Under the pieces are notes generated by a model that saw only the letters and a program-made list of their open reading frames with translations, did no database searches and was not told the DNA's origin. 64,000 nucleotides of DNA, from the NCBI GenBank assembly GCA_018058685.1, contig JAGOZL010000001.1, positions 2,152 through 66,151 of the forward strand, in the 5' to 3' direction. The translations under genes were made by a program, and so were the position numbers. Below, in pieces: positions 9,982-20,393 of this stretch. This DNA is from Sulfurospirillum sp. (GTDB lineage: Bacteria > Campylobacterota > Campylobacteria > Campylobacterales > Sulfurospirillaceae). Each line of letters opens with the position of its first letter. The stretch's first letter is position 1.

Positions 9982-11081
9982 GTACACAAGAGCTGTTTTT
10001 AAAGTTATTAAGTTTTCGCTCCATTACGCCCGATGATGATGGTGCATTTGCGTTTATTAAAGGGTATTTGAGCGATTTTGAAGTCATAGAAGTGAATAAA
10101 GAAGGGGTTAAAAATCTCTTTTTGTACAAACGTTTTGGAGAGGGAAACCATCTGTGTTTTGCTGGGCATATTGATGTTGTGCCTCCTGGAGAAGGTTGGG
10201 AGAGTGACCCTTTTGTACCACGTATAAAAGAGGGCGTGGTTTATGCTCGTGGTACACAAGATATGAAAAGCGGTGTGTGTGCTTTTTTAAAAGCTTGCAA
10301 AGAAACGACACATTACAATGGAACTCTCTCTATTTTGCTAACCAGCGATGAAGAAGGAGAGGCAAAGTATGGTACGGTGGAGATGCTTCAACATCTAAAA
10401 GCGATTAATTTTCTGCCCGATTGCGCAATTGTCGCAGAGCCAACTTCTGAGCAAGTCTTTGGAGATGCCATAAAAGTAGGGCGTAGAGGCTCTATCAATG
10501 GTGTGATTGAAATTTTTGGAAAGCAAGGACACGCTGCGTATCCAAGTAAAGCGATTAACCCTGTTCATCAAATTGCTCCCTTACTCTCAGCACTTGCTGG
10601 AAAACGCTTAGATGAAGGAGATGCTTCGTTTGAACCCTCGCAAATGGTTATCACGGATATTAGAGGTGGCATGGAAGTGACCAATGTCACTCCTGGAAAA
10701 CTCAAAATCATGTTTAATGTCCGCAACTCCACCCTAACAAGCGTAGAAGATATCCGTAGCTATGTGGAGCAGACACTCATGGGTTTAGAGTATGCACTCA
10801 CCTTTTCACAAAGTGCAAAGCCTTTTGTGACCAATGCTGAAGCTTCGATTGTTAAAGCAGTTGAAAAATCACTTTTACATGTAAAAGGTATCCATCCAAA
10901 ACGCTCCACCGCAGGAGGGACAAGTGATGCGCGTTTCTTTGGAGAATTTGGTATCGAAACCATTGAGTGTGGTGTGCCAAATGACACCATTCATGCGCCA
11001 AATGAGTGTTGTAAAATGGCGGATGTGGAAGATTTGTCTTTGGTATTTCGTGAAGTCATCAAACAACTCTCAGGTTTTTAA
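9978..11081 (+). CDS. dapE: Succinyl-diaminopimelate desuccinylase
   Basis: FAGHIDVVPPG, RGTQDMK, TSDEEG, VGRRGS, GGTSDARF. Confidence 0.95.
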   Translation: MSTQELFLKLLSFRSITPDDDGAFAFIKGYLSDFEVIEVNKEGVKNLFLYKRFGEGNHLCFAGHIDVVPPGEGWESDPFVPRIKEGVVYARGTQDMKSGVCAFLKACKETTHYNGTLSILLTSDEEGEAKYGTVEMLQHLKAINFLPDCAIVAEPTSEQVFGDAIKVGRRGSINGVIEIFGKQGHAAYPSKAINPVHQIAPLLSALAGKRLDEGDASFEPSQMVITDIRGGMEVTNVTPGKLKIMFNVRNSTLTSVEDIRSYVEQTLMGLEYALTFSQSAKPFVTNAEASIVKAVEKSLLHVKGIHPKRSTAGGTSDARFFGEFGIETIECGVPNDTIHAPNECCKMADVEDLSLVFREVIKQLSGF

Positions 11082-11138
11082 TAGCTCGCTTTTTTATCGT
11101 ATAAAAAATATCTCAAACTCTATTTTAAAGGAAACGTC

Positions 11139-11510
11139 ATGGAAATTATTGCAACAACAAACGCGCCTCAAGCCATTGGACCTTATTCACAAGCTATTGT
11201 GAGTGGAAATTTAATTTTTACCTCTGGACAAATTGCACTTCAAAGCGATGGAAGCTTTTTAGAAGGAGATGTCACAGTTCAGACACGCCAAGTTTTACGT
11301 AACTTAAGCGCTGTACTCGAAGCGGGTGGAAGTAAACTCTCCAATGTTATAAAAACGACGATTTTTTTAGCAGACATGGAAGACTTTCAGAAAGTGAACA
11401 GTGTGTATGGAGAGTTTTTTAATGAGCATAAACCCGCACGCAGTACCGTAGCCGTCAAAGCTTTGCCACGCAATGCCTTGGTTGAAATCGAAGCGATTGC
11501 TTTAAGGTAA
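11139..11510 (+). CDS. ridA: RidA/YjgF reactive intermediate deaminase
   Basis: APQAIGPYSQA, SGQI, PARSTV, LVEIEAIA. Confidence 0.93.
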   Translation: MEIIATTNAPQAIGPYSQAIVSGNLIFTSGQIALQSDGSFLEGDVTVQTRQVLRNLSAVLEAGGSKLSNVIKTTIFLADMEDFQKVNSVYGEFFNEHKPARSTVAVKALPRNALVEIEAIALR

Positions 11511-11613
11511 ATATTTTTTTACTAATATAAAGTAAAAGTGAATTAAAGTTATTTATAGGATTAAATATACTACAATTTGTCTCCCTAAATCTCAATGCAG
11601 GAAGTTCTTGATT

Positions 11614-12954
11614 ATGATGAAAAAACACTATGACGTTTTAGTCGTTGGTGGCGGTATTTCAGGTGCAGCTTTATTTTATGAGCTTGCTAAATATACAGAT
11701 ATAAAAAATATTGCGTTGGTTGAAAAGTATGAGAAACTCTCAAAACTCAACTCTGCTGGAACCTCCAATTCACAGACCATACACTGTGGGGATATTGAGA
11801 CAAATTATACGCTTGAAAAAGCGACAAAAGTGAAAGAAACAGCCAATATGGTTGTCAAATACTGCGTTAACCATGGTTTGAATGAGAAGATTTTATTTGC
11901 GCATCAAAAAATGGCGATAGGTGTGGGTGACACAGAAGTAGCTTACATGCTTAAGCGTCATAATGACTTCAAAGAACTCTACCCTTATATGGAAGTCTTT
12001 GATAAAGAAAAATTAGCACAGATTGAGCCAAAGCTTATTTTTGATGCGGATGGTAAAGAAAGACCTGAAAACGTAGTGGGTGTAGGCGTAGAAGGTGGTG
12101 AGTACAGCACGGTTGATTTTGGTGCGATGAGCGAGCATTTGGTGAGTGAAGCGCAAAAAATCGAAGGGAAAACAACCGATGTTTATTTTAACGCTCAAGT
12201 GACAAGCATTACAAAGCTTGGTGATGTTCATGTTGTGATGACGAAAGACCATACCTTTACAGCTGATTTTGTAGTGGTAAATGCAGGTGCTCATTCACTT
12301 TATCTTGCGCATCAAATGGGTTATGGACTTGACTTTGGTTGTTTACCTGTTGCTGGTAGTTTCTACCTTTCAAAGAAAAAAATGCTCAATGGTAAAGTGT
12401 ATATGGTGCAAAACCCAAAACTTCCTTTTGCCGCATTGCATGGTGACCCTGATATTTTAGCAGGAGGCTGTACGCGTTTTGGTCCAACCGCACTCGTATT
12501 GCCAAAATTGGAGCGCTATGTTAATGGAACGTACCTTGATTTTTGGAAAACACTGCAGTTTGATGGCAAAGTAGCAAAAGTCTTTTATGACCTTTTAAAA
12601 GACAGCGATATCCGCAACTATATCTTTAGAAACTTCTTCTTTGAAGTGCCAAAATATGGTAAAGAACTTTTCATTAAAGATGCACGAAAAATCGTCCCTT
12701 CTTTACAACTCGAAGATATTGAGTATGCTAAAGGATTTGGTGGTGTTCGTCCACAAGTGATTAACAAAAAAGAGCAAAAACTTATGCTGGGTGAAGCCAG
12801 TGTGAATCCAGGTACGGGTATTGTCTTTAATATGACACCAAGTCCGGGTGCAACAAGTTGTTTAGGAAACGCAAGACGTGATGTGCGTTTGGTCTGTGAG
12901 TATTTAGGCAAAACGTTTGATGAAGCACTCTTTAAACAAGAGTTGATTGACTAA
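11614..12954 (+). CDS. mqo: Malate:quinone oxidoreductase (Campylobacterota type)
   Basis: VVGGGISG FAD motif, NSQTIHCGDIETNYT, LPFAALHGDPD, FNMTPSPGAT. Confidence 0.88.
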   Translation: MMKKHYDVLVVGGGISGAALFYELAKYTDIKNIALVEKYEKLSKLNSAGTSNSQTIHCGDIETNYTLEKATKVKETANMVVKYCVNHGLNEKILFAHQKMAIGVGDTEVAYMLKRHNDFKELYPYMEVFDKEKLAQIEPKLIFDADGKERPENVVGVGVEGGEYSTVDFGAMSEHLVSEAQKIEGKTTDVYFNAQVTSITKLGDVHVVMTKDHTFTADFVVVNAGAHSLYLAHQMGYGLDFGCLPVAGSFYLSKKKMLNGKVYMVQNPKLPFAALHGDPDILAGGCTRFGPTALVLPKLERYVNGTYLDFWKTLQFDGKVAKVFYDLLKDSDIRNYIFRNFFFEVPKYGKELFIKDARKIVPSLQLEDIEYAKGFGGVRPQVINKKEQKLMLGEASVNPGTGIVFNMTPSPGATSCLGNARRDVRLVCEYLGKTFDEALFKQELID

Positions 12955-12959
12955 TACTG

Positions 12960-13649
12960 TTGAAACCACTTGATTTATACGCAAAAATAGAGCCTCTTAT
13001 TGGGTTTGATGCCCCGTATGAGAGGCTCTATGAGCGCTACATAAAAGAACTTAAATCCTTACATGTAAATACTATTTTAGATATCGGTTGCGGTAATGGA
13101 AAACTCCTTCACAAACTTTGCCATGAAGGTTTTGAAGCACAAGGCATTGAGCGAAGTGCGCATATGGTTGAGCGAGCACGTCAGTTAGGTGTTCACGCTT
13201 CCATGCAAGAACTTGAAAGTTTTGAAGCAGAAAGTTTTGATGCCCTCATCGCAGTGGCTGATGTAATGAATTATATGAATCCAGAAGAGCTGATTGTCTT
13301 TTTTCAAGAGGTTGCACGTGTTCTTAAAAAAGGTGGATTTTTCCTTGGCGATATCAATACGCTTTACGGATTTGAAGCAGTCGCTGATGGTGTGATGGTG
13401 AAAGAAGAGGGTGAATACTTCTTAAGTGTGGATGCCTCGTTTGAAAAACCTATCTTAAAAACAATACTAACGCTTTTTACATGTAAAGAAGAACGCTACA
13501 CAAAAGAGCAAGGAGTGATTTTTCAATACTTTCACCCCACTGCATTTTTCAAAAAACTAAAGAATTTAAAATTTTATACAAGCTATCCTATCATGCTTTT
13601 TGCTTTGGATGAAGCGGATAAAACGCTAATGGTGCTACAAAAAACTTAA
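12960..13649 (+). CDS. Class I SAM-dependent methyltransferase
   Basis: ILDIGCGNG motif I; RVLKKGGFFL. Confidence 0.88.
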   Translation: MKPLDLYAKIEPLIGFDAPYERLYERYIKELKSLHVNTILDIGCGNGKLLHKLCHEGFEAQGIERSAHMVERARQLGVHASMQELESFEAESFDALIAVADVMNYMNPEELIVFFQEVARVLKKGGFFLGDINTLYGFEAVADGVMVKEEGEYFLSVDASFEKPILKTILTLFTCKEERYTKEQGVIFQYFHPTAFFKKLKNLKFYTSYPIMLFALDEADKTLMVLQKT

Positions 13650-14107
13650 AAATTTTGCAAAACAGAGCTTAAGGCTGTATTGTTTTTTTCAAGCTTAGCT
13701 TCGGCTTGAGTCTTTTCTAAAAGCTCTTTTTTATAATCGGCTAATAAATCTTCAAGGGTTTGAAGTGCAGTTGTACGCTCTTGCGCTGAAAGAGGAGGTT
13801 GCGTTTTATCACTCAATCCCAACGCTTCCATCAGCTCTTCTTTTTTCTTTTCTATCAATTCTTCTATTTTTTCAAGATTGAACGATTGTAAAAAACCAAG
13901 AGCACCTATAGAGCTTAGCTCTCGTTTAAACTCCTCAACAGCCGCATCACTTTGGACTTCTTTTTCAACATTTTGAGACTTTAGGTTGTCCATCAATTGA
14001 CGTTGAAGTTCGCTTTCAAACTCTGTAGTGGAAGAAGCTTCTTTTGTCTTTACGCTCAAAGAGTTGAGCATGGTTTGATTGAGAATGGTATCGGTGTTAA
14101 TCGTCAT
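13646..14107 (-). CDS. Hypothetical acidic coiled-coil protein with a sigma54-type promoter
   Basis: 153 aa ORF with AGGAGG RBS; helical, Glu/Lys/Leu-rich. Confidence 0.8.
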   Translation of the reverse strand: MTINTDTILNQTMLNSLSVKTKEASSTTEFESELQRQLMDNLKSQNVEKEVQSDAAVEEFKRELSSIGALGFLQSFNLEKIEELIEKKKEELMEALGLSDKTQPPLSAQERTTALQTLEDLLADYKKELLEKTQAEAKLEKNNTALSSVLQNF

Positions 14108-14135
14108 GATATCCTCCTATGTGGTTAAAAAGCAC

Positions 14136-14152
14136 AAGCAAAAATAGTTCCT
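14136..14152 (-). promoter_or_regulatory. sigma54 (RpoN) -24/-12 promoter
   Basis: Minus strand AGGAACTATTTTTGCTT = GG-N10-GC, matching the Campylobacterota GGAAC-N5-TTGCTT pattern, about 30 bp upstream of the ATG at 14107. Confidence 0.75.
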
Positions 14153-14200
14153 CTTACGCTATAATTTAACTCTTTTAATATATGATGAAGTAAAGGAAGA

Positions 14201-14653
14201 GTGATGCTAATCATTGAAGAGGCTGTTTTGGAAGAGAGCGATCGATTATGTGAATTGCTTACTCTCTTATTTGCGCAAGAGCATGAATTTTATCCTGATA
14301 CATCAAAACAAAGTAGAGGGCTTCAAATGATTTTAAATGACCCTTCCATTGGAAGAATCTTTGTTCTCAAAAAAGAGGGATACATCATTGGGATGGTGAG
14401 TTTATTATTTACAGTGAGTACGGCATTGGGTGAAAAAGTGGCATGGCTTGAAGATATGGTCATTGATAAGCCGTTTCAGGGGCAAGGTTATGGAAAGATA
14501 CTTTTAGAAGAAGTACTTAAAAAAGCAAAAGATTTTACATGTAAACGTGTTTCACTCAAAACTGATGCCGATAATGAACGTGCGCAAAAGATGTATCAAG
14601 CACTTGGATTTGAATACTCTACAATGAAAGTAATGCTCTATTTTACTTCGTAA
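14201..14653 (+). CDS. GNAT-family N-acetyltransferase
   Basis: LEDMVIDKPFQGQGYGK acetyl-CoA motif; NERAQKMYQALGF. Confidence 0.9.
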   Translation: MMLIIEEAVLEESDRLCELLTLLFAQEHEFYPDTSKQSRGLQMILNDPSIGRIFVLKKEGYIIGMVSLLFTVSTALGEKVAWLEDMVIDKPFQGQGYGKILLEEVLKKAKDFTCKRVSLKTDADNERAQKMYQALGFEYSTMKVMLYFTS

Positions 14654-15686
14654 CAAACATATAAAACGGTTTATTTTGCAGTTGCATCTCAATCCAAATA
14701 CCGTTACCCTCGGAGGCATCTTTAAGGGCTAATTGTAAGGAAAGATAGGTTTTTGGAAGTTCGAAAAGCACTTTGATTTTTTTTGATGAAAAAGTAGTTT
14801 TTGCTCCACCTGTGATGATATTACACAGCTCTGCAATCCCATCAATGAGTGCTGAGGTATCATCACTATCGATGCTTTCTCCTAGCATCGCTTCTAAAGC
14901 AGTTTGGGCTAAAGAGCGAGGGAAAACTAAGAAAAAATTTCCACTAATATCGCCTTTAAATTTCATTGAAGCAATGAGGATATTGCTATCGAGTTGTCTA
15001 TCAAACTCACGAACAGCATGCTTGATTTTTTGCGCTTCAAGCCCCGTGATGGTGACAAGAGAATCCACAGCCGTATCAATGAAAACAGGTAAATTTAAAA
15101 TCAATTCTTTAGAGAGTGCGAGGCTAGGTTGTGTTGCCAATGAGCTTTTAGCAAGGTTAAGAGAATTTTGGGTAATCGTCATATCATACACTTTAGCGGA
15201 TGCTTTTGCTTTAAATTCATCGATGGTTTTGGTGTGCGTTACAGAGTAGCCAAGTTTAAGTAATTCGGCTGAAAGTTTATCGGCATTGGCTTCATCTTCA
15301 TCAAAGAGTAAGACGCTGAGTTGTTTTCGAAAAAAGCGTGGGTTTAAAAAAAGAGTTGCTGCATTGATATTTTGGAAAAGCTTTACTTGCGTGGGAGCAC
15401 TGATTTTTTTTAAGTAAGAAAATGTCTCTCTTCTGTAATCGCCCAAGGCAACAGGGATTTTTAGTTTTAGACTAAGCTTGTCCATCTGTTTGACAAGATG
15501 TTCTAAATGAGGGTTGTTTTGAATACGGAGAGAATCTTTTAATGAGATAAAAATACCTTTGCACTCTTTTTCTTGCAGTATAGGGTTAAGGTTTACAAGG
15601 GTGTTATAGACAACATTATTACGGTTTTCCTCAATAACATCGTCATAATTAAAAAGAAGTAAGGAGTTTTGAAAACTGTGTGTCAT
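14643..15686 (-). CDS. CheX-domain chemotaxis phosphatase fused to N-terminal STAS-like and receiver-like domains
   Basis: C-terminal FKGDISG...DGIAELCNIITG (ExxN) CheX signature; central VLLFDEDE...LGYSV receiver-like segment. Confidence 0.7.
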   Translation of the reverse strand: MTHSFQNSLLLFNYDDVIEENRNNVVYNTLVNLNPILQEKECKGIFISLKDSLRIQNNPHLEHLVKQMDKLSLKLKIPVALGDYRRETFSYLKKISAPTQVKLFQNINAATLFLNPRFFRKQLSVLLFDEDEANADKLSAELLKLGYSVTHTKTIDEFKAKASAKVYDMTITQNSLNLAKSSLATQPSLALSKELILNLPVFIDTAVDSLVTITGLEAQKIKHAVREFDRQLDSNILIASMKFKGDISGNFFLVFPRSLAQTALEAMLGESIDSDDTSALIDGIAELCNIITGGAKTTFSSKKIKVLFELPKTYLSLQLALKDASEGNGIWIEMQLQNKPFYMFVTK

Positions 15687-15761
15687 GTTCTTTATCGCAA
15701 TTGAAATGATTTAAATGTGAAAGATGATATCATAGTAAGCTTTTAAATTGGTTGAATAAAT

Positions 15762-16196
15762 GTGACTAAAAAACATGAGGATGTTGTTATTTTAATGAAG
15801 ATGATAACGAATGCAATAGACGATGCTTTAATTGCTTACACCCATCAATGCATTTGTGAGGAATTAAATAAAAATATTGAAGATGTCATTTTTTTTTCAA
15901 GTTACAGTATCGATATATCAGTTTTTCGCAAAGCCACACAAAAACTGAAAAAAAAGCTTCGAGAGAAACAGAGTTTAGAGCTTTTTTTATGGGAAGAAGA
16001 GGCAAAAAAAGTCATAGTAGCATATGATTTAAAGGTTCAAGCAAACGATCCTTATCTTTTACGTGGATTGTTAAAAGCGCAAATTGATATCAACGAAGCG
16101 ATGTTGTCACACTTTACTACACAGCATAAGAAAGCACATGATTTTGACTATCTTGAAGGACGAGCACAGCAGATTCACTCGCTCTTGTGTGAGTAA
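15762..16196 (+). CDS. Hypothetical protein
   Basis: 144 aa ORF, AT-rich, no recognisable catalytic motif. Confidence 0.6.
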   Translation: MTKKHEDVVILMKMITNAIDDALIAYTHQCICEELNKNIEDVIFFSSYSIDISVFRKATQKLKKKLREKQSLELFLWEEEAKKVIVAYDLKVQANDPYLLRGLLKAQIDINEAMLSHFTTQHKKAHDFDYLEGRAQQIHSLLCE

Positions 16197-16225
16197 AAGT
16201 TCACCACTATCTTTATATAGGGTTG

Positions 16226-16234
16226 TGATATAAT
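16226..16234 (+). promoter_or_regulatory. Extended -10 sigma70 promoter of pyk
   Basis: TGATATAAT (TGnTATAAT) about 55 bp upstream of the pyk ATG. Confidence 0.6.
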
Positions 16235-16287
16235 TTCGTAACTTTATTATTTTAAAATAACACTGTAATGTACTCTAAGGAAAAAAG

Positions 16288-17733
16288 ATGGATAAGAAAA
16301 CAAAAATATTAGCAACAGTAGGGCCTGCAAGCGATAGCGTAGAAATTTTAGAAGGATTGATTAAAGCAGGTGTCAATGTCTTTCGTCTCAATTTCAGCCA
16401 TGGTAGCCATGAATATCATGCGAGCACTTTAGCAAAAATCAGAGAAGCTGAAGCCAATGTGCAAAAAAAAGTAGGTGTTTTACAAGATATTTGTGGACCT
16501 AAAATTCGTGTTGGTAAACTTGAAGAGGACTTTTTGTTAGAAAGTGGTGATAAGCTTTACTTTACCAAAGAGCAAATTGTCGGTAAAAAGCTCGAAAATG
16601 GTAAATATGAGCTTTGTATCAATCAGCCTCAAATTTTAGACATGCTGAAAGTAGATGAGTATATCTATCTCTACGATGGAAACATCAGAGCGCGTGTGAT
16701 TGAAATTGGCAACAATGTTGTAACGGTTGTCGAAAACAGTGGAAAACTCTCTTCTAATAAAGGAGTTAACTTCCCCAATACGGTGATTAACATCGAAGTC
16801 ATTACCCCAAAAGATGAAGCGGATTTACTGTGGGGTGCGCAACATGGCGTTGATTTTGTCGCAGTATCTTTTGTTCAAAGTGCCAAAGATGTTTTACATG
16901 TAAGAAAAATTTTGAATGAACATAAATCCCGTGCACACATTTTTGCAAAGATTGAAAAGTTTGATGCGGTCGAAAAAATTGATGAAATTTTAGAAGTAAG
17001 CGATGGAATCATGGTTGCACGAGGCGATCTTGGTATCGAAGTGCCGTACTATAAAGTACCTAGTATTCAAAAGAAAATTATCGCCAAAGCCAATGCTGCT
17101 TCAAAACCGGTTATTACAGCGACACAAATGCTTCTTTCTATGGCAGAAAAAGAGATGGCAACCAGAGCTGAGATTAGCGACGTTGCCAATGCAGTTCTTG
17201 ATGGAACTGATGCCGTGATGCTCTCAGAGGAGAGTGCCATTGGTAAAAATCCTATCAATGTTGTTGAAGTTATGGCAAATACCATTAAAGAAACGGAAGC
17301 CATTTATCCGTACAGTAAATTTGAAGTTTATCCCTTCTTGGATGAGACGGATATTATCTCTTCTTCTACCGCACGTTTGGCTGAGCGCTTAGGTGTAGAA
17401 GCGATGATTTCGCTCACAAGTTCAGGTAAGTCAGCTAAGAAACTAGCACGTTATCGCATTCGTGCCGATATTTATGCGGTAACACACGATGAGCGAACCG
17501 CGCGTTCTTTAACGATAGCGTGGGGAATCAAGCCTATTATGAATATCGAAGCGAGTAACCTCAATATGATGTTGGGACAAACCTTGCAAAAAGGAATTGA
17601 AAAAGGGTTGATTGATAAAGATAAAACCTATATTGTCACAGCAGGCTATCCTGCAGGGGTTGAAGGAAGTACAAACTTTATTCGTATTCTTAAAAAAGAG
17701 CAGATTGAATATTACACGGATATGGTACTTTAA
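16288..17733 (+). CDS. pyk: Pyruvate kinase
   Basis: KTKILATVGPAS, RLNFSHG, GIMVARGDLG, ATQMLLSM, MLSEESA. Confidence 0.97.
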   Translation: MDKKTKILATVGPASDSVEILEGLIKAGVNVFRLNFSHGSHEYHASTLAKIREAEANVQKKVGVLQDICGPKIRVGKLEEDFLLESGDKLYFTKEQIVGKKLENGKYELCINQPQILDMLKVDEYIYLYDGNIRARVIEIGNNVVTVVENSGKLSSNKGVNFPNTVINIEVITPKDEADLLWGAQHGVDFVAVSFVQSAKDVLHVRKILNEHKSRAHIFAKIEKFDAVEKIDEILEVSDGIMVARGDLGIEVPYYKVPSIQKKIIAKANAASKPVITATQMLLSMAEKEMATRAEISDVANAVLDGTDAVMLSEESAIGKNPINVVEVMANTIKETEAIYPYSKFEVYPFLDETDIISSSTARLAERLGVEAMISLTSSGKSAKKLARYRIRADIYAVTHDERTARSLTIAWGIKPIMNIEASNLNMMLGQTLQKGIEKGLIDKDKTYIVTAGYPAGVEGSTNFIRILKKEQIEYYTDMVL

Positions 17734-17806
17734 ATTTATCTTAGCTTAAAGAAAGTTTAGATACAATCCATTCCTTAAATTAAATCTCTCCCAGAAGGAC
17801 ATACGA

Positions 17807-18115
17807 ATGTATGCAATTATTAAAAATGGCGGGAAGCAGTATAAAGTTCAAGTAGGCGACTATGTAAATGTCGATAGACTTGACGCTCAGCCAAAAGAGA
17901 AAATAGAAGTGACGGAAGTTTTAGCTGTTAATGATGGCGAACTTAAAGTGGGAACACCTTTCGTCAATGGTGCTGTCGTAGAACTCGAAGTAGTTGTCGA
18001 AGGTAAAGATAAGAAAGTGATTACTTTCAAAAAACGTAGACGTAAAGACTCTAAAGTCAAGCGTGGTTTTAGAAGACAATACACTAGAGTAAAAGTTGTA
18101 AGCATTAAAGCTTAA
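17807..18115 (+). CDS. rplU: 50S ribosomal protein L21
   Basis: [14 protein letters not shown]...KRGFRRQYT. Confidence 0.98.
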   Translation: MYAIIKNGGKQYKVQVGDYVNVDRLDAQPKEKIEVTEVLAVNDGELKVGTPFVNGAVVELEVVVEGKDKKVITFKKRRRKDSKVKRGFRRQYTRVKVVSIKA

Positions 18116-18152
18116 CCCACAAACGTTACAAGATAAGAATTAGGAGTAACCA

Positions 18153-18413
18153 ATGGCTCACAAGAAAGGTCAAGGAAGTACCCAGAATAATAGAGACTCA
18201 GCTGGACGTAGACTGGGTGTTAAAAAATTTGGTGGTGAATTTGTACGTGCTGGAAATATTATTATTCGTCAGCGTGGAACACAAGTACATGTAGGAAATA
18301 ACGTAGGAATCGGTGTAGATCATACAATTTATGCATTAGTTGATGGTTTTGTTCAATTTCAACGTAAAGATAAAACACGAAACAAAGTTTCTGTAATCCC
18401 CGCAAGCGTGTAA
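18153..18413 (+). CDS. rpmA: 50S ribosomal protein L27
   Basis: [24 protein letters not shown]. Confidence 0.98.
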   Translation: MAHKKGQGSTQNNRDSAGRRLGVKKFGGEFVRAGNIIIRQRGTQVHVGNNVGIGVDHTIYALVDGFVQFQRKDKTRNKVSVIPASV

Positions 18414-18418
18414 TTTCT

Positions 18419-18447
18419 AGGTGGAGTTTTTCTCCACCTCTTTTTTT
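18419..18447 (+). terminator. Rho-independent terminator after rpmA
   Basis: AGGTGGAG-TTTTT-CTCCACCT followed by CTTTTTTT. Confidence 0.85.
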
Positions 18448-18540
18448 CTTCTCAAAAATTAACACCATACCTCTGATGATTATACCTTTACATGTAATGA
18501 TTAGAAGTATAAATACTCACTTTTTCAAAAGGTTTTTACG

Positions 18541-19647
18541 ATGTTTATCGACAATGTAGCACTCACTCTAAGCTCTGGCAAAGGAGGACAAGGTTGTGTC
18601 TCTTTTAGGCGTGAAAAACACGTTATCCAAGGTGGTCCTGATGGCGGAGACGGCGGCAGAGGCGGTAATGTCTATTTTGAAGTAGATTCCAATACCCATA
18701 CCCTTTCTCATTTTCGTAATAACCAACACCTTAAAGCCAGAAATGGTGAACAAGGTATGGGGCGAAAGATGTATGGCAAATCAGGCGAGCATTTAGTGGT
18801 CATCGTTCCTCCTGGAACACAAGTCATTGATGCTGAAAGTGGTGAAGTTTTAATGGATCTTTTAGAAGAGGGTGAAAAAAAACTCTTTTTAGAAGGCGGT
18901 ATGGGAGGACTTGGAAACGTTCACTTTAAAAGTTCCACCAACCAACGCCCTGAATATGCACAACCGGGCCGTGGTGGAGAAACAAGAGCTGTACGCTTAG
19001 AGTTAAAACTCATTGCAGATGTTGGATTGGTTGGTTTCCCCAATGTGGGCAAATCAACACTAATTTCTGTTGTTTCTAACGCTCAACCTGAAATTGCCAA
19101 TTATGAATTTACAACGCTTACACCAAAATTAGGCGTGGTTGTAACGGATGATTACCGCTCTTATGTGATGGCAGATATCCCTGGAATTATTGAAGGAGCC
19201 AGCGAAGGAAGAGGTTTAGGAATTGACTTTTTACGCCACATTGAACGTACACAGTTTTTACTTTTTATGGTGGATTTAGCGAATTATCGTGATTTGCAAA
19301 CTCAGTATGAAACATTAAAAGCAGAGCTTAAAAAATTCTCAGAAGAACTCTCCGGTCGAAATTATGCCATTGCACTAACGCGTTGTGACACGCTAGAGCC
19401 AAGTGAAATTAACGAAAAAGTCGATGCATTTCTAAAACTTTTGGATTTAGAACCAAATACATTCACATCCAAGTACAAAACCCGTGAAGATATTCACTCG
19501 TTTGGTCAAGATGTCCATGAAAGAAATCCTGAGTTACCGTTTTTTGTGTTACCTATCTCTTCTGTTTCTAAAATCAATATTGATGCTATCAAGTACGCGT
19601 TATCTGATATTGTGACAAAGGTCCGTGATGAAAAGAGTCGTCGTTAA
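18541..19647 (+). CDS. obgE: GTPase ObgE/CgtA
   Basis: SFRREK...[28 protein letters not shown]. Confidence 0.97.
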   Translation: MFIDNVALTLSSGKGGQGCVSFRREKHVIQGGPDGGDGGRGGNVYFEVDSNTHTLSHFRNNQHLKARNGEQGMGRKMYGKSGEHLVVIVPPGTQVIDAESGEVLMDLLEEGEKKLFLEGGMGGLGNVHFKSSTNQRPEYAQPGRGGETRAVRLELKLIADVGLVGFPNVGKSTLISVVSNAQPEIANYEFTTLTPKLGVVVTDDYRSYVMADIPGIIEGASEGRGLGIDFLRHIERTQFLLFMVDLANYRDLQTQYETLKAELKKFSEELSGRNYAIALTRCDTLEPSEINEKVDAFLKLLDLEPNTFTSKYKTREDIHSFGQDVHERNPELPFFVLPISSVSKINIDAIKYALSDIVTKVRDEKSRR

Positions 19648-20392
19648 GGTTGGTACTCACGTCTTAAGTGAACAAAACCGATTATGTAAAGAAAGAATTT
19701 TAAATTTAGTTGAATTTTTAGTCGCACTGATGGAAAAGTATGAAGTGATTCTCGTCTCTTCAGGTGCAGTAGCCGCTGGTTACACGACGCTAAAATTGGA
19801 TAAAAAACTGCTTCATAACCGTCAAGCCATCGCTGCTGTGGGGCAGCCTCAACTTATGGCAACATACAATAAAAAGCTTGAAAAATTTGGTAAAAGTGGC
19901 GCACAATTACTTTTAACAGCGGATGACTTTGACTCACGCAAGCGATGTTATCACGCCAAATGCACCATTGATACTTTACTTCATAATGGTATTTTGCCTA
20001 TTATCAATGAAAATGATGCTACAGCCACAGAAGAGCTTGTTTTTGGAGACAACGACCAACTCTCTTCGCGCGTTGCGTATTATTTTGGAGCGGACTTACT
20101 TATTTTACTTTCCGACATTGATGGTTATTACGATAAAGACCCCCATAAGCACACAGATGCAACCATGCGAAAGATTGTTCATGAAATTGAAGCCAGTGAA
20201 CTTGAAATGGAAAAATCAGCCAATTTTGCCTTTGCAACGGGTGGCATTGTAACTAAACTCAAAGCCGCAGACTTTTTGTTAGAGCGTAAAAAATCGATGT
20301 TTATTGCCAGTGGATTTGATTTAAGTGATGTCAAAAGCTATATGTTAGATGGCATTCACAAAGGTGGAACTCTTTTTACATGTAAGGATTAG
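19625..20392 (+). CDS. proB: Glutamate 5-kinase (no PUA domain)
   Basis: [36 protein letters not shown]. Confidence 0.95.
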   Translation: MMKRVVVKVGTHVLSEQNRLCKERILNLVEFLVALMEKYEVILVSSGAVAAGYTTLKLDKKLLHNRQAIAAVGQPQLMATYNKKLEKFGKSGAQLLLTADDFDSRKRCYHAKCTIDTLLHNGILPIINENDATATEELVFGDNDQLSSRVAYYFGADLLILLSDIDGYYDKDPHKHTDATMRKIVHEIEASELEMEKSANFAFATGGIVTKLKAADFLLERKKSMFIASGFDLSDVKSYMLDGIHKGGTLFTCKD

Positions 20393-20393
20393 A

